Shown here: positions 57,693-64,000 of the stretch, piece by piece | Position numbering within the stretch: the first letter of the stretch is position 1 | How the letters are laid out: each line of letters opens with the position of its first letter | Source: a virus | Length of the DNA stretch: 64,000 nucleotides | UHGV virus genome: UHGV-0033546 | Reading direction: 5' to 3' (one strand) | Translations under genes and position numbers: made by a program | The notes under the pieces: generated by a model | Database searches by the model: none | The model's input: the letters and a program-made list of their open reading frames with translations, nothing else | What the model was told of the DNA's origin: nothing

Positions 57693-59403
57693 TAACCTCA
57701 ATTGGTTTGTTGGTGTTGTTGAAGATAGAATGGACCCATTGAAATTAGGTCGTGTTCGTGTTCGTGTGGTGGGTTTGCACCCACCTCAAAGAGCACAAGG
57801 CGATGTAATGGGTATTCCAACTGATAAATTACCATGGATGTCAGTTATTCAGCCTATAACTTCGGCAGCTATGTCTGGAATTGGAGGTTCCGTTACTGGA
57901 CCGGTAGAAGGAACCAGAGTTTATGGTCATTTTTTAGACAAATGGAAAACTAACGGAATTGTCCTTGGTACGTATGGTGGAATAGTTCGCGAAAAACCTA
58001 ATAGACTTGAAGGATTTTCTGATCCAACTGGACAGTATCCTAGACGTTTAGGAAATGATACGAACGTATTAAACCAAGGCGGAGAAGTAGGATATGATTC
58101 GTCTTCTAATATTATCCAAGATAGCAATCTAGACACTGCGATAAATCCTGATGATAGACCGCTATCAGAGATTCCAACTGATGATAATCCAAATATGTCA
58201 ATGGCTGAAATGCTTCGCCGTGATGAAGGATTAAGACTAAAAGTTTATTGGGATACTGAAGGATATCCGACAATTGGTATTGGTCATCTTATCATGAAGC
58301 AGCCAGTTCGTGATATGACCCAAATTAATAAAGTTTTATCAAAACAAGTTGGTCGTGAAATTACCGGAAATCCAGGTTCTATTACAATGGAAGAAGCGGT
58401 AATTTTATTTGAACGCGATTTGGCTGATATGCAACGGGACATTAAATCACATTCTAAAGTAGGACCAGTCTGGCAAGCTGTCAACCGTTCTCGTCAAATG
58501 GCATTAGAAAATATGGCATTTCAGATGGGTGTTGGTGGTGTAGCTAAATTTAACACAATGTTAACTGCTATGTTAGCAGGAGATTGGGAAAAAGCATATA
58601 AAGCTGGTCGTGATTCATTGTGGTATCAACAAACAAAAGGCCGTGCATCCCGTGTTACCATGATTATTCTTACGGGGAATTTGGAATCATATGGTGTTGA
58701 AGTGAAAACTCCAGCTAGGTCTTTATCGGCAATGGCTGCGACTGTAGCTAAATCTTCTGACCCTGCTGACCCTCCTATTCCAAATGACTCGAGAATTTTA
58801 TTCAAAGAACCAGTTTCTTCATATAAAGGCGAATATCCTTATGTGCATACAATGGAAACTGAAAGTGGACATATTCAGGAATTTGATGATACCCCTGGGC
58901 AAGAACGATACAGATTAGTTCATCCAACTGGAACTTATGAAGAAGTATCACCATCAGGAAGAAGAACAAGAAAAACTGTTGATAATTTGTATGATATAAC
59001 CAACGCTGATGGTAATTTTTTGGTAGCCGGCGATAAAAAGACTAACGTCGGTGGATCAGAAATTTATTACAACATGGATAATCGTCTTCACCAGATAGAT
59101 GGAAGTAATACAATATTTGTACGTGGCGATGAAACTAAGACAGTTGAAGGTAATGGAACTATCTTAGTTAAAGGTAATGTTACTATTGTAGTTGAAGGTA
59201 ATGCTGACATTACAGTTAAAGGAGATGCTACCACTTTAGTTGAAGGAAATCAAACTAACACAGTAAATGGAAATCTTTCTTGGAAAGTTGCTGGGACAGT
59301 TGATTGGGACGTTGGTGGTGATTGGACAGAAAAAATGGCATCTATGAGTTCTATTTCATCTGGTCAATACACAATTGATGGATCGAGGATTGACATTGGC
59401 TAA
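57676..59403 (+). CDS. 5: gp5 baseplate hub / cell-puncturing lysozyme, 575 aa
   Basis: 575 aa; OB-fold N-terminus, central lysozyme domain MAEMLRRDEGLRLKVYWDTEGYPTIGIGHL (paralogous to e), C-terminal VxGxxxxx beta-helix repeats. Confidence 0.95.
   Translation: MEMISNNLNWFVGVVEDRMDPLKLGRVRVRVVGLHPPQRAQGDVMGIPTDKLPWMSVIQPITSAAMSGIGGSVTGPVEGTRVYGHFLDKWKTNGIVLGTYGGIVREKPNRLEGFSDPTGQYPRRLGNDTNVLNQGGEVGYDSSSNIIQDSNLDTAINPDDRPLSEIPTDDNPNMSMAEMLRRDEGLRLKVYWDTEGYPTIGIGHLIMKQPVRDMTQINKVLSKQVGREITGNPGSITMEEAVILFERDLADMQRDIKSHSKVGPVWQAVNRSRQMALENMAFQMGVGGVAKFNTMLTAMLAGDWEKAYKAGRDSLWYQQTKGRASRVTMIILTGNLESYGVEVKTPARSLSAMAATVAKSSDPADPPIPNDSRILFKEPVSSYKGEYPYVHTMETESGHIQEFDDTPGQERYRLVHPTGTYEEVSPSGRRTRKTVDNLYDITNADGNFLVAGDKKTNVGGSEIYYNMDNRLHQIDGSNTIFVRGDETKTVEGNGTILVKGNVTIVVEGNADITVKGDATTLVEGNQTNTVNGNLSWKVAGTVDWDVGGDWTEKMASMSSISSGQYTIDGSRIDIG
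59140..59283 (+). repeat. six imperfect 24-bp tandem repeats inside gene 5 (encode the gp5 C-terminal beta-helix octapeptide repeats)
   Basis: Units such as ACAGTTGAAGGTAATGGAACTATC / TTAGTTAAAGGTAATGTTACTATT / GTAGTTGAAGGTAATGCTGACATT in register. Confidence 0.75.
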
Positions 59404-59437
59404 TATAATTCCAATGAGCACTGATTTAGGAGAATCC

Positions 59438-59932
59438 ATGGAAGGTTCTTCTATCGACGTCACCTTTACTGCTCAATTAGAAACAGGTGAAACGTTAGTA
59501 TCTATAAATATAACTAGTTACGAAGAAACTCCTGGGGTTTTAGTAGAAGAAAATCGTTTATATGGAACGTATGAATCTGTATTTGGATTTGGAAATGATG
59601 CGTTGAAATATCGTTTAGATAATGAATTTAAAACTGCTGCTTCATGGGAAGACCTTCCAACTGATTCTAATACTCAGTTATATTTATGGAAAGCTCCTCA
59701 AAACCTCCAGAAGACATTCACTTACGAAGTAACATTAATATATGACTACCAAGAACAAGGTGAATCTGGAGGTTCTGGCAGTAATTCTAGGTCATCTTCT
59801 GATACTACTGAACCAACTGATCCTCCAGCTCCAATAAGAAAAACTCTTGTTAAAAATTATACAAAAACTATAGTTGGAAATTGGAGTCGTTGGGCTAATA
59901 AATTGAGAAGCTACGTGTATGAGAGGCCATAA
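59438..59932 (+). CDS. 5.1: gp5.1-like protein, about 164 aa
   Basis: ATG at 59438 with AGGAG SD; track ORF begins 59375 overlapping gene 5. Confidence 0.55.
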
Positions 59933-60226
59933 ATGTCAGGATTAAGTTATGATAAGTGTGTTACTGCCGGCCATGAAGCGTGGCCTCCAACAGTTGTGAA
60001 TGCTACACAAAGTAAAGTATTCACTGGAGGAATTGCTGTTCTCGTAGCAGGTGATCCAATTACAGAACATACAGAAATTAAAAAGCCATATGAAACACAT
60101 GGCGGAGTGACACAACCTAGAACTTCTAAGGTATATGTCACTGGAAAGAAAGCTGTTCAAATGGCTGATCCAATATCATGCGGTGATACTGTGGCTCAGG
60201 CATCATCTAAAGTATTCATTAAATAG
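59933..60226 (+). CDS. 5.4: gp5.4 PAAR-repeat spike-tip protein, 97 aa
   Basis: 97 aa, PAAR-like motifs (ITEHTE, ISCGD), follows gene 5 as in T4. Confidence 0.8.
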
Positions 60227-60234
60227 GATTTAAA

Positions 60235-62217
60235 ATGGCAAATACCCCTGTAAATTATCAATTAACAAGAACAGCAAATGCTATTCCCGAGATATTCGTC
60301 GGGGGTACATTTGCTGAAATAAAACAAAACCTCATTGAATGGCTTAATGGTCAAAATGAATTTTTGGATTATGATTTTGAAGGCTCAAGATTAAACGTTC
60401 TGTGTGACCTTTTAGCTTATAATACATTATACATTCAGCAGTTTGGTAATGCTGCCGTATATGAAAGCTTTATGCGTACTGCTAACTTACGAAGCTCAGT
60501 TGTTCAAGCTGCACAAGATAACGGATATTTACCTACTTCAAAATCCGCTGCGCAAACCGAAATTATGTTAACATGCACCGACGCATTGAATAGGAATTAC
60601 ATTACAATTCCTCGCGGAACTCGCTTTTTAGCATATGCAAAAGATACTTCTGTTAATCCATATAACTTCGTTTCTACCGAAGACGTTATTGCTATTCGTG
60701 ATAAAAATAACCAATATTTTCCGCGTTTAAAATTGGCCCAGGGACGTATAGTAAGAACTGAAATCATTTATGATAAATTAACGCCTATTATCATTTATGA
60801 TAAAAATATTGATAGAAACCAGGTTAAATTATATGTTGATGGAGCAGAATGGATTAACTGGACGAGAAAGTCAATGGTTCATGCTGGTTCAACATCAACG
60901 ATTTACTACATGCGTGAAACTATTGATGGAAACACTGAATTCTATTTTGGCGAAGGTGAAATTTCTGTTAATGCAGCAGAAGGAGCTCTAACTGCTAACT
61001 ATATTGGAGGTCTTAAACCTACTCAGAACTCTACGATTGTTATTGAGTACATCAGTACTAACGGTGCAGATGCTAATGGTGCAGTTGGTTTTTCATACGC
61101 AGATACATTGACAAATATAACTGTTATTAACATTAATGAAAACCCAAATGATGACCCAGATTTTGTTGGTGCGGATGGTGGTGGTGATCCAGAAGATATT
61201 GAACGTATTCGTGAATTAGGTACTATTAAGCGTGAAACTCAGCAACGATGTGTAACTGCGACTGACTACGATACATTTGTTTCGGAAAGATTTGGTTCTA
61301 TTATTCAAGCTGTTCAAACTTTCACTGATTCTACTAAACCTGGGTATGCATTTATTGCTGCTAAACCTAAATCAGGATTGTATTTAACTACTGTACAACG
61401 CGAAGATATTAAAAATTATCTCAAAGATTATAATTTAGCGCCTATTACACCATCAATTATTTCTCCTAATTATCTTTTTATTAAGACTAATTTAAAAGTC
61501 ACATATGCTTTAAATAAACTGCAAGAATCCGAACAGTGGCTTGAAGGCCAAATAATTGATAAAATTGATCGCTATTATACCGAAGATGTAGAAATTTTTA
61601 ACTCATCTTTTGCCAAGTCTAAGATGTTAACTTACGTAGATGATGCAGATCATTCTATCATTGGTTCATCAGCGACTATTCAAATTGTTCGTGAAGTACA
61701 AAACTTCTATAAAACACCTGAAGCGGGTATTAAATACAATAATCAAATAAAAGACCGTTCTATGGAATCTAATACGTTTTCATTTAATTCCGGACGAAAG
61801 GTTGTAAATCCTGATACTGGTTTAGAAGAAGATGTATTATACGATGTTCGTATAGTATCAACTGATAGAGATTCTAAAGGAATTGGTAAAGTTATTATCG
61901 GTCCATTTGCTTCTGGCGATGTTACAGAAAATGAAAATATTCAGCCATACGCAGGAAATGATTTTAACAAATTAACAAACTCCACCGGACGTGACAAATA
62001 CTATATTATTGGTGAAATAAACTATCCAGCTGACACAATTTATTGGAATATCGCTAAAATTAATTTAACATCTGAAAAATTTGAAGTTCAGACTATTGAA
62101 TTATATTCTGATCCAACAGATGATGTTATCTTTACTCGCGATGGTTCACTGATTGTATTTGAAAATGACTTACGTCCACAATACTTAACTATCGATTTGG
62201 AGCCTATATCACAATGA
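60235..62217 (+). CDS. 6: gp6 baseplate wedge protein, 660 aa
   Basis: 660 aa as T4 gp6; ATGA overlap with gene 7. Confidence 0.9.
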   Translation: MANTPVNYQLTRTANAIPEIFVGGTFAEIKQNLIEWLNGQNEFLDYDFEGSRLNVLCDLLAYNTLYIQQFGNAAVYESFMRTANLRSSVVQAAQDNGYLPTSKSAAQTEIMLTCTDALNRNYITIPRGTRFLAYAKDTSVNPYNFVSTEDVIAIRDKNNQYFPRLKLAQGRIVRTEIIYDKLTPIIIYDKNIDRNQVKLYVDGAEWINWTRKSMVHAGSTSTIYYMRETIDGNTEFYFGEGEISVNAAEGALTANYIGGLKPTQNSTIVIEYISTNGADANGAVGFSYADTLTNITVININENPNDDPDFVGADGGGDPEDIERIRELGTIKRETQQRCVTATDYDTFVSERFGSIIQAVQTFTDSTKPGYAFIAAKPKSGLYLTTVQREDIKNYLKDYNLAPITPSIISPNYLFIKTNLKVTYALNKLQESEQWLEGQIIDKIDRYYTEDVEIFNSSFAKSKMLTYVDDADHSIIGSSATIQIVREVQNFYKTPEAGIKYNNQIKDRSMESNTFSFNSGRKVVNPDTGLEEDVLYDVRIVSTDRDSKGIGKVIIGPFASGDVTENENIQPYAGNDFNKLTNSTGRDKYYIIGEINYPADTIYWNIAKINLTSEKFEVQTIELYSDPTDDVIFTRDGSLIVFENDLRPQYLTIDLEPISQ

Positions 62218-64000
62218 CAGTAAAAGCACCTTCAGTCACTAGTCTCAGAATTTCCAAGTTATCCGCAAATCAGGTGCAAGTACGCTGGGATGACGTTGGT
62301 GCTAATTTCTACTATTTTGTAGAAATCGCTGAGACAAAAACAAACTCGGGGGAAAATCTCCCGAGTAATCAATATAGATGGATTAACTTAGGATATACTG
62401 CAAATAACAGCTTCTTTTTTGATGATGCTGATCCATTGACATCATATGTTATTAGAGTAGCCACGGCTGCGCAAGATTTTGATCAGTCTGATTGGATTTA
62501 TACTGAAGAGTTTGAAACTTTTGCTACAAATGCTTATACATTTCAAAACATGATTGAAATGCAATTAGCTAATAAATTCATTCAGGAAAAATTTACTCTT
62601 AATAATTCTAATTATGTCAATTTCAATAATGACACAATAATGGCTGCGTTGATGAATGAATCATTTCAGTTCAGCCCATCGTATGCTGATGTCTCATCAA
62701 TCAGTAATTTTATTATTGGTGAAAACGAGTATCATGAAATACAAGGTTCTATTCAGCAAGTATGTAAGGATATTAACCGAGTTTATTTGATGGAATCAGA
62801 AGGGGTTCTATATCTTTTTGAGCGCTATCAACCTGTAGTTAAAGTATCTAATGATAAAGGACAAACCTGGAAAGCTGTAAAGCTCTTCAATGACCGTGTA
62901 GGATATCCTTTATCTAAGACAGTATATTACCAATCTGCAAACACAACATACGTTCTAGGATACGATAAAATTTTCTATGGCCGTAAATCGACTGACGTTA
63001 GATGGTCAGCAGATGATGTCAGATTTAGTTCGCAAGATATAACATTTGCTAAATTAGGAGACCAACTTCATTTAGGATTCGATGTTGAAATCTTCGCTAC
63101 TTATGCGACTTTACCAGCGAATGTATATCGTATAGCTGAAGCCATTACTTGTACGGACGATTATATCTATGTTGTTGCCAGAGATAAAGTTAGATATATA
63201 AAAACGAGTAATGCACCTATAGATTCTGACCCGTTATCGCCAACATACTCGGAAAGACTTTTTGAACCTGATACAATGACTATAACTGGAAATCCTAAAG
63301 CAGTATGCTATAAAATGGATTCTATTGGTGATAAAGTTTTTGCTCTTATTATTGGCGAAGTTGAAACATTGAATGCTAATCCTAGAACATCAAAAATAAT
63401 TGATTCCGCTGATAAAGGAATATATGTTTTAAATCATGACGAAAAAACATGGAAAAGAGTTTTTGGTAATACTGAAGAAGAAAGAAGACGTATTCAACCT
63501 GGATATGCGAATATGTCAACTGACGGTAAATTAGTTTCTCTGTCTTCGAGTAATTTTAAATTTTTAAGTGATAATGTTGTTAATGACCCTGAAACTGCAG
63601 CAAAATATCAGTTAATTGGTGCTGTCAAATATGAATTTCCTCGTGAATGGTTAGCTGATAAGCATTATCATATGATGGCGTTTATAGCGGATGAAAAATC
63701 TGATTGGGAGACTTTTACTCCTCAACCAATGAAATACTACGCAGAACCATTCTTTAACTGGTCTAAAAAATCTAACACACGCTGTTGGATAAACAACTCT
63801 GATAGAGCTGTAGTAGTTTATGCTGATTTAAAATACACTAAAGTTATAGAAAATATTCCGGAAACATCACCAGATAGATTAGTCCATGAATACTGGGATG
63901 ATGGTGATTGTACTATAGTAATGCCAAATGTTAAATTCACTGGATTTAAAAAATATGCATCTGGGATGCTTTTCTATAAAGCCTCCGGTGAAATAATTTC
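62214..64000 (+). CDS. 7: gp7 baseplate wedge protein, N-terminal 595 aa (truncated by window end)
   Basis: ATG at 62214; open frame to window end; MTVKAPSVTSLRISKLSANQVQVRWDD matches T4 gp7. Confidence 0.9.
   Translation, partial: MTVKAPSVTSLRISKLSANQVQVRWDDVGANFYYFVEIAETKTNSGENLPSNQYRWINLGYTANNSFFFDDADPLTSYVIRVATAAQDFDQSDWIYTEEFETFATNAYTFQNMIEMQLANKFIQEKFTLNNSNYVNFNNDTIMAALMNESFQFSPSYADVSSISNFIIGENEYHEIQGSIQQVCKDINRVYLMESEGVLYLFERYQPVVKVSNDKGQTWKAVKLFNDRVGYPLSKTVYYQSANTTYVLGYDKIFYGRKSTDVRWSADDVRFSSQDITFAKLGDQLHLGFDVEIFATYATLPANVYRIAEAITCTDDYIYVVARDKVRYIKTSNAPIDSDPLSPTYSERLFEPDTMTITGNPKAVCYKMDSIGDKVFALIIGEVETLNANPRTSKIIDSADKGIYVLNHDEKTWKRVFGNTEEERRRIQPGYANMSTDGKLVSLSSSNFKFLSDNVVNDPETAAKYQLIGAVKYEFPREWLADKHYHMMAFIADEKSDWETFTPQPMKYYAEPFFNWSKKSNTRCWINNSDRAVVVYADLKYTKVIENIPETSPDRLVHEYWDDGDCTIVMPNVKFTGFKKYASGMLFYKASGEII

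Noticed and set aside
57927-60991. Minus-strand ORFs inside gene 5 (57927-58136, 58284-58484), inside 5.4 (59942-60160, 59947-60141) and the plus-strand ORF 60797-60991 inside gene 6
   Set aside because: Embedded antisense or out-of-frame within strongly supported baseplate genes.

Overview
This window reads as a near-colinear segment of a T4-like (T-even, Tevenvirinae) myovirus genome, AT-rich and densely packed. Positions 1-57054 are one minus-strand block: 61.x small genes (sp, dmd), 41, 40, uvsX, a glycosyltransferase, 42, imm, 43, regA, 62, 44, 45, rpbA, 46, 47, a-gt, 55, nrdH-like, nrdG, nrdD, 49, nrdC, a long block of small/unknown genes, rI, tk, a macrodomain gene, regB, denV, e, nudE, an 11-tRNA array, ipI, 57B, 57A, 1, 3, 2, 4. 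Positions 57102-64000 are plus-strand baseplate genes 53, 5, 5.1, 5.4, 6 and the 5' part of 7. Gene names rest on my recognition of T4 protein sequences, lengths and synteny; no database search was run, and all comparisons to the T4 reference are from memory. Points that look non-canonical relative to T4 as I recall it: two free-standing homing-endonuclease-like genes (GIY-YIG-like between rpbA and 45; HNH between 46 and 47) sharing a C-terminal module; a 280-aa GT-A-type glycosyltransferase where T4 has beta-gt; an uninterrupted nrdD; three extra tRNAs (His, Asn, Tyr); two 157-aa internal-protein-like genes with capsid-targeting leaders; a macrodomain protein; a nucleotidyltransferase-fold protein coupled to a membrane protein; and tandem paralog arrays. 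Regulatory structure is unusually legible: at least 14 minus-strand early-type promoters with fixed TTTAC(A/T)-N17/18- -10 geometry, T4 late-promoter boxes (TATAAATA) including a divergent pair between genes 4 and 53, and a family of about 12 GC-clamped tetraloop hairpins placed right after stop codons. No CRISPR array, integrase or prophage boundary is present.
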